Source: Podarcis bocagei
Lineage: Eukaryota
Strand: one strand, 5' to 3'
DNA length: 64,000 nucleotides
NCBI GenBank assembly: GCA_964188305.1
Contig: OZ076889.1
Shown here: piece by piece, positions 49,960 through 64,000 of the stretch
How the letters are laid out: every line of letters begins with the position of its first letter
How positions within the stretch are numbered: the stretch's first letter is position 1
Notes under the pieces: model-generated
Databases searched by the model: none
What the model was told of the DNA's origin: nothing
What the model saw: the letters and a program-made list of their open reading frames with translations, nothing else
Program-made: the position numbers and the translations under genes

Positions 49960-52900
49960 CTACTGGTTTTCAATTTCTCTAGAGCAATCAGTAAGCATGT
50001 CAGGGCCACTGAGCACACTCAGTTGTAATTAGGCTGTTCTGGAGTTATTGTACCTTAGGATTCCCCCCTCCCATTTTATGTACTTCTGCAATCCTGGAGG
50101 TACCTCCAAACATGGTGATGCCTTCCTGTTGTGTGTGGATTTAAATTCAATAAAAACAGAGATATTTATATACTGTAACTGATGGCACTAAGAGAACTTT
50201 TAGTATGTATATGTATATATTCTTAGCAAGTATTTCCTCACCTGTAAAATACACTGCACATAGGATTTAGAATCTGAGGAGAGATAATTCTGGGTAATTT
50301 ACTAAAAAAGGGGGGACAATGGGGGAGAAAAAAAGAACTGCTTTGTTTGGATGAAATATTACATGTATTGAGGACTCCTGGGTTTATGGTGGCAATAATT
50401 ATAGAACAAAAGCTTCTCATTTCTTATGCTCTCTGTCCATACAATTCAGTGTAGCCAGAACTTACTTTATTCCATTAAAAAAGGAGCCCTCAAATTGTAT
50501 TAGAACTGGCACTTGGATAACAAGCTTTTTGGAGCAGTTTGGTTAAAGCGTTTTCACAGGATTAAGTTAAAAGAAGTTCTGGTTCTCACTTAGCAGAAAT
50601 CATCCTGTAAATAGCATTGTGTAGCTGTATTCCACAGTGTTTCAGGTAAGTAGGGAGTTCTTAGGTGAAAAGGGGATTATGAAGCATAAAGCATTTTGTC
50701 TCTCTCTTTTTTCATCCTCATGGTGTAGCTTGAGGAAGGGGGTGGTTATTTCAGAGAAGGAAAACACACAGAGACAGCTGGCTTGTAATAACTTCATATC
50801 CTGGAAGGGTGGATAAAAGGCTCTCTGATGTAAGCCTGCATCACATAACCAGTGCTTTTCTAAGGCAAGCCTCCTATTTCCTAAGAAAATCCCAACCTTA
50901 TGACTCCTAATTCTACTTGACAGTTGCCTGTGTTTGAACGAAAGGGAAGGAGAGGCAGGTGGGCAGCAGAAAGGATCTCTTAAAGGTCCAGCCCTTTGCC
51001 AAATAGCTTGCTTATTTCAGTCCACACAGTGTTAGTTCTATTAACTCATACAACCATCTAGGCACATGACTGCTGATTGAAAAGTGTATTACTATTACTA
51101 CCATTATTATTTTCTTACCCACATATGTTTCTGGGACAGGTTGCAACAATATAAAAATCTGATATTACTTATTTATTAATTAAATTTATGCTCTGCTTTT
51201 CCTCCCAAAGGATCATTTTAAAAATCAATTACAAAGGCACTCTGGTAAAGAGGCCCATCTTCAGCATACGATGAAAGCTCTACAGTGAAGGTAGCAGACA
51301 TAGTGTATCTCCACCAGCAGCCTGTTTCAAACAAGCCAATGATTTGCAGCATCTGGATTTAAGCATTACTTGGCAAACACTGGCAAAAAGCTTGTTACCA
51401 GGCTGAAACCATCCTAAAACTGATTTGATGGGAGTAGATGTGTGGGCATGCAGCAGAGGCAGAAGGACTTGCATAGGCAGCATTTTCAAAGCAAGCGCCA
51501 CTAGCAGAGCTCACAAAGTGCACAAAGCATACAAGAACAATGGAATAAATTACTTCAACATCTTTTCTTCCAAAGCACTGTGATTGGGCAGCTCTGATGA
51601 AATCAGTCCCTCTGATTAGGAGCTAGACCTGTAGTCACAAAAGACCTCCTACACTCCCTATTCTGATGTTTTCTTTGTATGACAAGCTTGCAGAGAAATG
51701 CCCCCAGATTAGTATGGAGCTCCTCCCTTCAGTTTGCGCATTAAGAGATTGTTCTTCAGCTCAGACAAGTGCTGAAACTGTCCCCAAAAAATCCCCTGCT
51801 TTGGGCTCACCCGCACTTCCATTTGCTCTGCTGCTTTCTTGCAGGAAACCCCACTCTTTACCACTGAATTGGAACAAATGATGATTGGCTTTCCATAGAT
51901 TGCCATTTGTTCCAATTCAGCAGTAAAGAGCATGTTTTCCAGGAAAAAGCTGCAGGGCAAATGTAAAACCATTAAGACCCATGCCTAGAAAGTGCAGGAA
52001 AACCAGAAAACCACTCAGACCCATGCTTTCTAGGCACTGGACAAAGAGAAGTGTGGACGAACCCTATGGGGATTTGTCCAAATCCAAAACACATCCCTAT
52101 TAATGTAGAATCTTGATTCAGAGCAGGAGATGGCCAAAAGAAAGAGAGAAGGGAGGGCTCACCAAACATCATCTCCAGCCCTAGGTTGAATTTCCCTGTG
52201 GATCCACAATAGAAAAAAGGTGCCTCGTCCTTGGTGTATATGCATCTTTAAATGCACATGCTCCAAAAGTCTGATTAGCCCCCCTTTCCAATAGGCATCA
52301 ATATGTGTGCTAAAAGATGAAAATATTACTTCCGTCCCTCACATATCTGCTGCACAAACACTGGCATAATACTGATGCTTCCAATCACAACATATAGCAT
52401 GGCTCCTCCTTTAGGTTACCTGAAATAGATGCTTTGAGCACTGTGTACACCAAAATCCAAGGGCTTCAGTGTGGTAAGTGGATGTCCAAAACTACTTGAA
52501 TGAGAGCCACAGCAATTGCAGACTTTGTGTAAACAGCACTTTGCCTTGTCTGAGTCCATTGAGTGCTTTTGTTGGAAAGGAGAATTGCAGCTGCTGAACT
52601 CGACCCCCTTGCAATGAATGTTCTTTCAGACAGGTACTATGCACAGCTGATGGGCAGCGTACAGATCAAAAAAGGGACAGAAGCCAGTATTGAAAAGAGC
52701 ATACAGCTGCTGCCTGCCAGAACCAATCAAAGGCTGCCCTGCTGTGATAACAAAGAGCAGGGGTTGAGCTGCTCCTAGTCAGGGTGAGTGTCAGCTAGCT
52801 GAAAAGAGAGGAGGTGGCAGAATTGGGAGATTCCACAAGGCTTCAGCGCAGTGTTCAATGCTACGCAGGTTGTCACTGACAGAAACCCTAGGATACTGTT

Positions 52901-54999
52901 TACAAGAGGAGCAAATAGCTTTCAAACAAAGCACTTCACTCATATCTGACTAGCGGCAGGAAAACCTTTCTTTTTACAGAGGCTCCTTCAGTATCTCTCA
53001 GAAGTTCATCCCCAACATTTGATTTAAGCTCCCTGACTTGCCTGGTTCAGTGTTATTCAATCTTATGTTTCTGAAGCATTAAAGACAGAAAAAGCAAATA
53101 AGAACAGGGGAGTATATTAAGGAGCTTAAAACACACACACCCCAGTGGTGTCAGCTCAACTATTGGACTGGATTTGATTGATTATATTTCTATGCTGCTT
53201 TTCATTCAAATGAATCCCAAAGTGGCTTACAAACAATAAATAACAATAATGTGATAGAACATAATAGAACATCACAAATACAGCATATATCATATGGAAT
53301 AATTGGATGAAGCCATGAAAGGGGTGCCCCAGTGATGCATAGTGACAAAATACTTTATGCTTGTTCTAGATGGACAATTCACCTGGCCTAGGGAGTGATG
53401 CGATGGTCAGGGAATGTCAGATAGCAACCGGACACAGTCTGCAACTGCTTTCAGTTTAAGCACAGCTATTATCAAAGGTGGGGCAGTAAGGTGGGAGAGA
53501 GGCAAGAAAAGAATGAGCATGGTAAGAGGGGAAAGGCTTTGGTTTTGTTGAGAGGCAACTTCAGTGCTTCTTTCCACGTGGCCCATTTATGGGAAAGGAG
53601 CGGAATGTGAAAGGTCCCATATTCAGGTCCAAGCATCTCCAATTGAAAGAGCCCAGGCAGGATGGCAAGGAAAGATGCCCACCTGATAACCTGAAAAGCT
53701 AATTCCAGGAAGAGTAGATGGTACCAAGCTGTGTCAACCAATGCTGTGTCTTGAAAGAAGCAGCTTCATTACATAATGTCTGTATGATTGTGTCTGTGTG
53801 GGAGAAGGCCAAAGAAAATATGTAGCGGCAGCCATGGGGAGAGTAAAGGTTACATGGTTATCATCTAGGTAACTTTACTTCAGCTGAACCTAGTATCTAA
53901 AGAAATATGGTGCTCAGATGCATGGCTTGTTCAATCCATGCTCTTACTAACTAGACATTTTCAATAGATGTGCAAACTTTGCACTTCTTCTTCTGCAGAA
54001 AATGATATGCCAAATAATAATTTTGCACCAGTCTTCTTGATCAAGACAGTTCTCTCCTCGCTTCTTGCTTTGCACAATGAACAGACATGAAAATGCTCTG
54101 GTATCGCTTTCTAATAGCCCAAGGCCCTGTCTGCACTTTCCCCTGCTGCCCCTCCATGCAAGAGGAGAGACATGGCAACACATTGTACCTTACAAAGCAG
54201 ATATTCCCCACGAACATCACTTTCCACCTCAGAGCAGACCCCCAGTGGTATCTATGAAGTGAACCATCAGGCATTCACTAAGGTTATAAATGAAAGCTCA
54301 CACTGCAGTAAGTTGAATTCATGTCTCCTGGGACTCTTTGTCTTCAGCCAGGGGTCAAAATTCCCAGCATGGTTGCATATTGGTGAGTGGCTGAGGCCAC
54401 TTGATGCAGATTATGCAAGCAGGCATGGAGCCAGCCCTCTGTGGGCTTGCCAATTACAGAAGGTGCAGACACAGCCTAAGGCACCACAATGCCTGTGCAT
54501 GTGAGGAATGTAGAAACAAACAGGAGGTGCTGCAGACATGTAAGCCATCTCTTCCTGATATTCCTTTCTCTTTAATTACATTGTAACCCTCATGGATTTC
54601 ACAGAGAGGAAACCCTTCTTATTCACCTGTCAATTCAACACCTTGTCATAAAGCCCCCTCCCAGCCAAGGTTCTTAGATCTGATGCCTGGGTAGGTGAAC
54701 TGTCTGCAAAATACTTGTCTTTGGGCTGAGATTGATTATTCCCTCCTGCAGCTGAATGAACTCATGACTCAGAGCATATTATGAGCAGTTAAACTGCGTA
54801 ACAATTAATGCACAGAGGCGGAACAGAGTGCTAAAGTCTGCAGTGTTTACCCAAATGGGAACGCTGTTCATGGGTTTAGAGATGTCCTCTTTTGATCTCA
54901 AGGAGTTTTAGTGAGTGGGTAGAGGAGTGTTTAAATTCTTTCTACATGATATTTTAGGTCTAATCTCCCCTCTTCTGTTTTTTTCTCTTTTTTCTATAG

Positions 55000-55088
55000 A
55001 ATCATGTGAGAAACACTGTTGTGGCAAGAGACACACACAGGGAGTTTTGAGGTTCACACTCCCTTTCCTCCTCACTCTCCACCACAGA
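55000..55088 (+). other. PLXNA2: 5'UTR part of PLXNA2 exon 2
   Basis: Long polypyrimidine tract (54965-54995) ending ctatag|A at 54999/55000, 89 nt before the ATG. Confidence 0.85.
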
Positions 55089-56276
55089 ATGGAACAGAGA
55101 AAGATCTGGCCTCGGATATGGGACTCCGAAGACTCATCGGTGGCCTTGGTGTTTCTTTGCCTGGTTTTATTTTCATGGAATGCCACTAGCACTCCCGTCT
55201 ATAATACCTTCCACTCTGAGAACCGTGATTGGACTTTCAACCATCTGACTGTCCATCAGGCCACTGGAGCAGTCTATGTGGGAGCCATCAATCGGGTTTA
55301 CAAGCTGTCTGGAAACTTGACCATCTTGGTTGCTCACAAGACAGGACCAGAGGAGGACAACAAGTCCTGCTACCCACCACTCATAGTGCAGCCCTGCACT
55401 GAGATCCTAACACTGACTAACAATGTGAACAAGCTGCTGATAATTGATTACACAGAAAATAGGCTGTTGGCCTGTGGGAGCCTCTACCAAGGAGTCTGCA
55501 AGCTGCTGCGATTGGATGATCTCTTCATCCTGGTGGAACCATCTCACAAGAAGGAGCACTATCTTTCCAGTGTTAACAAAACTGGCACTATGTATGGAGT
55601 TATAGTCCGCTCTGAGGGTGAGGATGGGAAGCTTTTCATTGGTACAGCAGTAGATGGCAAGCAGGATTACTTCCCCACTCTGTCCAGCCGGAAGCTGCCA
55701 CGTGACCCAGAGTCATCAGCTATGTTGGATTATGAACTTCACAGTGACTTTGTTTCATCACTCATAAAAATCCCTTCAGACACACTGGCCTTGGTCTCAC
55801 ACTTTGACATCTTTTATATCTATGGATTTTCCAGCGGCAACTTTGTCTATTTTCTGACTGTCCAGCCAGAGACTCCTGAGGGTGTCTCCATCAACTCAGC
55901 TAGCGATCTCTTCTACACATCTCGAATTGTGCGTCTCTGCAAGGATGACCCCAAGTTCCACTCCTATGTTTCTCTGCCATTTGGTTGTGTCAAAGGTGAT
56001 GTGGAATATCGCCTCCTACAGGCAGCCTACCTTTCCAAGCCCGGGGAGGTGCTGGCCAGGTCCCTCAATATCACTGCCCAGGATGATGTCCTTTTTGCCA
56101 TTTTCTCCAAGGGACAAAAGCAGTATCACCAGCCCCCTGATGACTCAGCTCTTTGCATCTTTCCCATCCGTGCTATCAATGCCCAAATTAAGGAGCGCTT
56201 ACAGTCTTGCTACCAAGGGGAAGGCAACTTGGAACTCAACTGGCTGCTTGGGAAAGATGTTCAGTGTACCAAGGCG
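55089..56276 (+). CDS. PLXNA2: Plexin-A2, first coding exon (exon 2): signal peptide + N-terminal part of Sema domain, codons 1-396
   Basis: Translation MEQRKIWPR...[33 protein letters not shown]...[20 protein letters not shown]...[21 protein letters not shown]...GKDVQCTKA matches plexin-A2 as I recall it. ATG context AGA ATG G. 1188 nt, ending at phase-0 donor GCG|GTAAGA (56277). Confidence 0.97.
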
Positions 56277-57293
56277 GTAAGAATGTTCACAGTATTTCAC
56301 CTAGATTTCCTGCAGAAGAATAGAAAATATTGTAGTGAGCAATATTGAGTAGCAACAGAAATTCTAGGGTGTAAAAACTGGTTTCTGATATCCTTCATAG
56401 GAACTTGGAGAACATCTCTTGAAGAATTGTTGCCTTCTAATTAATAATATAATGATTATTTTGGTTCAAGTAGGTTCAAATCATTGGCTTCCTCTATGAC
56501 CTTGAGCAAGTTCTGTTTTCTCATACTCGTATGGAAAATAAGAACACCAATAATGATGTATCAGCCTCAGCAGGACATTGGGAGGGATAACTAGTTATGG
56601 AAAATCTTTTTAAAAAACATTTGCCATTTATCAGCATTCCTGCATAAAGCAGAGCTATTATCAAGTTATTTCTGCCATTGCTCCCCAAGTATCAAACTGA
56701 GAAATAGAATCCCTTCATTAATCACAATGGAAAGGCAAATTCTTTTATGGCCAAGAGTTGTTCTTCTGTTATAGTAATGGAGGGCAAAACTAAGATGTAG
56801 CTGATTTGGTAGATTCCATTTCTTCTTGAAATCTGGTCTGAAGCCAAACCTGAAAGTGCAGCAAAGAAGCACCCTTCCTCCCTGAGCAGGAAGGTTTCAT
56901 GCAAACAAGCCTGAAAGATTAATGGCCAATTTCAGTTGCACATTTTGGTCTTCTTGGATATTGATTAATGTAGCTGGCCCACTTGGATAAGTGCAGAAGA
57001 TCCAAGACACAGAAAAATCAATTTATTCTGTAGCTTATTGTGGCAAATAAAAGAAACTGGGGTGTTAAGAGACATCCCATTTAATGTGTACATTCATGCA
57101 GCTAGTTGTGCCAGGGTAATTAAAACATTGTTAAGACAAGGTTCCTTAATTTCACTGGAGCTAGATAGTCATCCTGTTTGGTCACACTCATCATAGACAG
57201 AAGATGCTATGTAGCATTCACTTGTTATTCAGGATCTTCATTTTCAAAAATGCTCAAAGTTTTTATAGAGGGGGGGTCTCTTAACATTTATTG

Positions 57294-57640
57294 CAGAGGT
57301 GAGGAACCTCAAACCTGGAGGGCCAGTTGCAGCCCTCCAAGCTGCTCTGTCTGGCCCTTAGGACCCTCCCCAGGCCATTGCTCTCACCACCACTGCTTTG
57401 AACCACCCCTTTAGCATTTTTGCCTGGCTGGAAAGTGTCCTTGAATTCTCATAATGCTTCTTGCTTGCCTGGATAGGGAATAGTAAGAGGTTTGTGACTC
57501 TGTGTAGATACAAGGGTACTATACAGAGGTAAGATTTACACCGGTTGTTCTATCCACATTTGCCTATTTCCTGACATGTGCCTCCCCCAACCAAAAAAAG
57601 ATTGCCCAGAAGGCAATGTGGCCCTTGGAATGGGCTATGC
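57294..57640 (+). mobile_element. Degenerate hAT-like non-autonomous element (uninterrupted relative of 1990-2610)
   Basis: Starts CAGAGGTGAGGAACC; internal homology to the 2.0-2.6 kb copy. Confidence 0.5.
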
Positions 57641-59199
57641 TCCTGATTTATATGGGGGAAGGGAAATGATAGACAGAAGTGCCAGCTTATGAGGCCAATG
57701 GGGGGGGGGCGCAATGTTGCACAAGCGACATCCCGACATTGCACACGTGATGTCAGGACATTGGGAGGAGCCAGAGGAGGAGCCAGATGCAGCAGCTGCA
57801 CTGTTCACTGACTGGTGGCTCCTCCTGGCACCACCACTGGTGGGAGGATGTTTCGACCCTCCTTCCCCTCCATGGCAGGAGGAAGAGAAGGCGCTTCTGT
57901 GGTTTTTAGATATGGGGAGCCCCGGCCCCGATCCCAAAAATGTAAGGGTTCCCAAAAGTGCTTGGCCTCCGGAGCTGATTTCAGTTCACCGGGTGCTTTG
58001 TGGTGCTCTCTTAAAAGCAAACTGTTACGGTAATTCTTGTCATTAAAGCTGGATTGTGTGGAGATGACTGCATGAGAAAAGGAACCAAACACATAGAGAA
58101 AACCAGTTTCTTTTCTCCCTTCAGAGTAAAGAGACCTGTACTTTCTCTGGCTGTTTTTGATCCTATTCTACTAACAGCTGAATCTTTTTCTTTCTTTTGA
58201 CAAGTGGGGAAAATGATATAGCCAATTTCAGCCATCACCCCTCTGCCATGTCATTTGCAGAGGAAGAGCAGAATGAAGAGCTCTGTGTCTGAATGAGGAA
58301 AGTCCAGTGTACTAAGGATGGTACTAAATTCAATTCAAGGCTGATAAAATGGCTTAGGAGTTAGCTCTCTGCTTGGCTGGCTTCCTGGGTCTGCTGAACT
58401 GTGGAAGCAAAAATGCTAACAGGTGATGGAATAGGGGAATGAGGGTGGGGTGCATTTCAGGAAGCAATGCATCCTAAGGACTTTGAATAGCATTTTGCTT
58501 AGGTCTATGTATACTAGCAGCTAGTGAAAAGACAACAAAGCTTTGAGAGTCAGTTTAGAGCTGGGTGGGGAACCTGTGGGGAACTTCCAGGTATTGCTGG
58601 ATTATATCTCCCATCAGCTCCTGTCAACATAGCCAATGTTCAGGGAACATGGGAGTTGTAGTCTTTCAACATCTCGAGAACCACAGGTTCTCACCCCTGT
58701 GGTTATGATGTTTCAAGGTGTGTGCAAGGCCTCCTCTTCTCAATGAAGGTAGGGAAATTATGAAACACAGAGGAATGTGAGTGATCAAACCTTTCCTTGG
58801 GGAAAAGCTATAGCTCAGAGGTAGAGCATCTGCATTGGTTTAGGGCTGGGGATATTCCCTCTATGAAATTCTGGAGAGCTATGCCAGCCACTGTAGACAA
58901 TGCTGAGCTAAACAGGCCAGTGGTCTGACTCAGTATAAGGAATCTTTGTTCCTTAGGTCCAAAGTCTGCAAAATGTAATTGAGACACCAATGGAAATGAT
59001 ACATGCAGTTGTGTGCATATGCACATGTACACAAGTGTACTTTTGCAAAGGGTTTTGTAAAACATGTTCTGAGGATGCCACCATGAACTGAATCTTCCAG
59101 GCAAGTCTTATAAGAGATCTAAAAAGGATCTGGTCTCAGATTTTGGAATGCTGCCTTGGGCCCAGCTGAACAAAGATTTGTTATACGCTAGATGTTGTT

Positions 59200-60034
<835 letters not shown>

Positions 60035-63000
60035 TAGCTGGCTTCCAATAGTTGTAGAGGCCAGTTTACTGATAAGTATAAATGTAATTTGAAAATAAAA
60101 AGGGTACACTTGAAACCATCAGACAGGTAAGTGTAATTTGTATTTGCTGTCAGTTATGCTCTAAAGTCAAAGCCCAGCCATTAAAAGCACTACAGAGATA
60201 CAAAAGCCACTAGAAATGTAAAGACTCTCACACATGCACAGATTCTTGTGGGGGTCTCATTGCTTCACAAAGGGAAAAAAGTAGATTTTATCATTCTCCT
60301 GGGGGGGAGGGTGCAATTCAATATACCTGAGACTGCATGGTCTGCTTAATAACCACTTTCTCCCACAGTTCCATGTAGCTGTAAGAGGCACATCTGGATG
60401 TTTAGATGTTCAGTTCATAAGGATTGCCTTAGACAATACGCAAGGCATCCAAAATTGTTTGCACTTGTTTCTTGAAGAAATGTGTTCTTTCACATAGAAA
60501 TGTGGTTCTTTACTGGTTGCTTAGGAAGCAAGAAACTGTCCAAAAACTGTCTTCATTTGGAGCGAGTGAAAGGGCATCCTTTCCAGAGTGTCTGTTTAGT
60601 GATGGTAGGGCAGAGCAGTGAACATGGATTTTAACAGTACTAGGTGGTGCCCATCTTGCTGGCTTTTTCCCCCACTGTCAACGTAGACTTCTGGAATATA
60701 AATGTTCGTGGGATTGGATTCTGCTCTTCTTAAGTCACCCCAAAGGTTATTGTGATCAAAGACCTTAGTGGGACAGGATTCATGTGTCATGTTTGCTCAG
60801 TTCATTGTAGCTGTGCTTCAAGATGGGCTGTGCAGTGTGGCTGGCTGGCTGGCTTCCTCAATGAGTGTGGTTGGATGTCCTGGAAGAAAATGGGGATATT
60901 TGCTACAGTAGGAAGCTCCAGTAGTAAATGGAGGAGGGAAATAGTGCAAACCTGTGCATTGACATCAGTTAGCTGGCTTTTAAGTCTGAAAGAATTTGGC
61001 ACAGCGTGCAAAACACCTGGTGTTTTAAGGTATTCAATATTAAAATCACACTTGGGTAATTTAACAGTTATGCCACTACCAAGAATTAATGTGTTGCACT
61101 GTATTTGAGGCTCATCCATTTATTCATGGCCACAGATTTGCACTGAGATCTGATCTTTAATCTCTTTTGGAATACTATCTGTATGTTTACCAAAGCCTGG
61201 TGAGCAGGCACTCTTGATAGCACTCTTACTGTTTGCTAGTAAAAGTCCTGCTTGGACTGGACAATATCTCTTCTCTCTGTTGAGAAGGGAGTGGGTTAAC
61301 TGGCAGTGGTAGCCTCTTGGGCTGCCCATAGCCTGAGGTAAGCTTTGCTTTTCTGAATGTAGTCTTGCCTCTCACCTTCCACCCTTCTTACTGACCTCTG
61401 TGTGATAGATTGACTTCATTAGATAACATTCCTTCCTGTTTGCATCACAGAGGAAAGGCTACTTGCCTGAGGCAAAGAAATATTCCAGATTCCTTTTGCC
61501 CTTAAAGAAAAGCCTTGTTTTGTGGAACTTAGGAGTCAGTGATTAAGTTGGACTTTCCATTCCATATATCCATGTCAAAGCTCATTGCTAAATTAGCGTC
61601 AGCAGTCTCCAAATACATTGATCCATTCCTTTCCATTGAATGATAACAAAGCTGGTGATTTTGACCTGTCCTGGGCAGGTACCAGTTTTCATTTAGAACG
61701 GACAGAAAGCAGCCTGGTACATGTGCATAAAAATGCAATGTAGTACAATATACCAGTGGGGCAACATTTTTATTATATTATATGAATAAAATAGCCCACT
61801 ATTCTGCTGAAGAGCTCAGGGTGGCACACATGATTCTCTCCCTTCCCCATTTTATTCTCACAGCAACCAGTAGGTTAGGCTAAGGTATGGCCACTGCTTC
61901 AAGCTCACCCAGCATGGCTTTATGGCTGGGTGGGTATTTAAACTGTGGTCACCTAGGTTCTCATCCAAGGGTGGAATTTAACAAAGCATTCCAGACAAGT
62001 GGTACATGGAATCAATCTCATATGGACAAATGATAAACTGGCCATTCAGGGCAGGGCAATCCCATGCACATTTACTCCGAACCTGGGAGGCCACTGGATA
62101 ACCTTGGGCTGGTCACCATCTCTCAGCCTAACTTACTTAGGCTTGTTTATTGAGAGGATAAAATTGGGACAGAAGAACCATTTGCACCACCTTGAGCAAC
62201 TTGGAGGAAAGGCAAGATAAAACTATATTAATAAATAATAAGTTCTACCATGATCAATGGGTCTTGTTCCCATATAATTATGTATTCATGTTTACTCATA
62301 AGTAAGTGTTAATTAGGCCGCAATCCTATGCACGTTTATCTGCGAATAAGCCTTGTTGAAGGTGGTAAGACACTTCTCAGTATTCATGTGTAGTACCTGG
62401 CTGCTTGAAATCCAGGGCAGGAAATGGTTTATCACTCTATAATTGCTTCCTTTGCTTCCAGTACTGCACTTAGCACAGACTCCAATAGACTACTAGCAGC
62501 ATTGTACTCTGTGAGCTATTGGCCTAACCCACTATATAAATGACCCCCCCCAATTCATCTGTAGCTTTGAACCCCGCATTCCAGGATAACATATTGCAAA
62601 GATACCCTAGATGAGTAGACAGTGGGTAGTGCATTAGTTGTACTGCATTAGTGGCTGGGGAAGGCCTAGCTTTAAAGGCACTTAAAGCAAGCAGCTTGTG
62701 CTTGCATGTTAGCTGTTTAATATACCAAGTAGAATTGTGTCCCATTAATTATGTAGGATTACTAAAGGAATGCTCTTTCCGGGTTGGTTTAATCCCCGAT
62801 GGCATTTATGTAGTGGAGGCCTTTTAAACATCTACGATTCTGATGCAGAGTAGATCTATATATGGTGTTTGGCTTTACTGCAGTCACAGAGTAGAAAAAA
62901 GAGAGGGAATGGGTTTTTGTGTTTATGCCTCCTGTGTTCCAGAGGTCTGCAAACATTTGCTGGGAATTTAGATTAAATCTCTGGTTAATTTATCCCAAAC

Positions 63001-63925
63001 ATATACTGAAACTAATCCTTCATGGCGTTTAAAAGATGATATTATTTGTAGTGCTGTTTAATACTATTATTATGTAACAGAATTCTCCATCATGCATGCC
63101 TGATCTGAAGTTGCTTTGTTTTACTATTCCACTAAAATTGCCAGCCATCCAACAAGAGGGATTGGGTTGACAAAGAGTCATCACAGAGGATTAGTTGATG
63201 CGTCCTAGAACCTGACTATTCTTACTCCGTAATGGTTTTAGCTTTACGGGTGCATCGTGCTTTACATACCTTCCGGTTTTTGATACTGTGCAGTAGATAA
63301 GACAGCGGAACTATCAACATTCTGTAGGGTGGGAAGTGGTACACTAAGGGCATCCTTAGTCACATTCATACATAGTGGGCAATCTATCCCAGAGTGAGTG
63401 GACTCACCTCAGAGAAGTTGGGTCAGCTGCATTGGTTCATTGCAAACTTGCCAGCCTTGCTGGTACACTTACAGATAGACCTGCCTTACTCTTTTATTCA
63501 ACCAATCCGTCACATGGATTCTGCAACCAATCCATCACATGGAAGCGAATTGAACATCCGAGTGTTAAGTGGGACAGCAGCAGCTCCGTTGTTGGGCTGA
63601 AAGCTCTGTGTGCTTTTAGTAATGGCAGCTGGTGAGGCGATGGTAGTAAGACAACACAGTCACTAAGTACCACCGAGGGGGAGGATTCATAGTTCAGGAG
63701 CAGAGTATGTGTTATTCTTTAAGCGATCAGGTAGACTTTTCTGCCTGAGACCTTGGAGAACTGTTGCTGGCCAGAGTGGGCAGTACTGGGCGAGCCAGAC
63801 AAACACTCTGACCTTGTAAAAGACAAGATTCCTCTATTCTGTGAAGTGGACCCTGGTCACCTTGGCTGCTGTTTAGTGGTGGCTAATCTCCACTCCAGAA
63901 CACCAGATACAACTACCATTTAGGC

Positions 63926-64000
63926 CAGGGGTCAGCCAACTTTTTCAGCAGGGGGCTGGTCCACCATCCCTCAGACCTTGTGGGGGACCGGACTATATTT
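63926..64000 (+). mobile_element. Start of a hAT-like element, cut by window end
   Basis: ATTTAGGC|CAGGGGTCAGCCAACTTTTT, a typical hAT-Charlie terminus and target; other end not visible. Confidence 0.5.

Noticed and set aside
54915-55088. 477-aa ORF starting at GTG 54915 as the PLXNA2 start
   Set aside because: 54915-54999 is intronic (polypyrimidine tract and AG). The recognisable protein starts at ATG 55089, and the ORF's last 23 aa are intron 2 read-through.

Overview
Vertebrate genomic DNA, not prokaryotic. The repeat content (Squam3-type SINE, Bov-B, CR1, L2, Tc1/mariner and hAT MITEs) suggests a squamate, probably a lacertid lizard (inference). The window holds the 5' part of PLXNA2 (plexin-A2) on the + strand: a CpG-island promoter (~11.2-13.0 kb), a candidate non-coding exon 1 ending at 12453, a ~42.5-kb intron 1, exon 2 (55000-56276, ATG at 55089, signal peptide plus most of the Sema domain) and exon 3 (59780-59962). 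Exon 4 is not seen in the window. The rest is intronic or intergenic sequence with TE fragments, microsatellites and several motif-dense, enhancer-like blocks. I cannot support a wholly new biological system. The most interesting unexplained structure is the PLXNA2 5' leader: a chain of uORFs linked by ATGA stop/start overlaps, a start-stop element, and a CUG in strong Kozak context in frame with the main ORF across the exon 1/2 junction. Also notable are a TIR element with a 6-bp target-site duplication, an inverted MITE pair upstream of the promoter, and a near-perfect pre-miRNA-sized hairpin.
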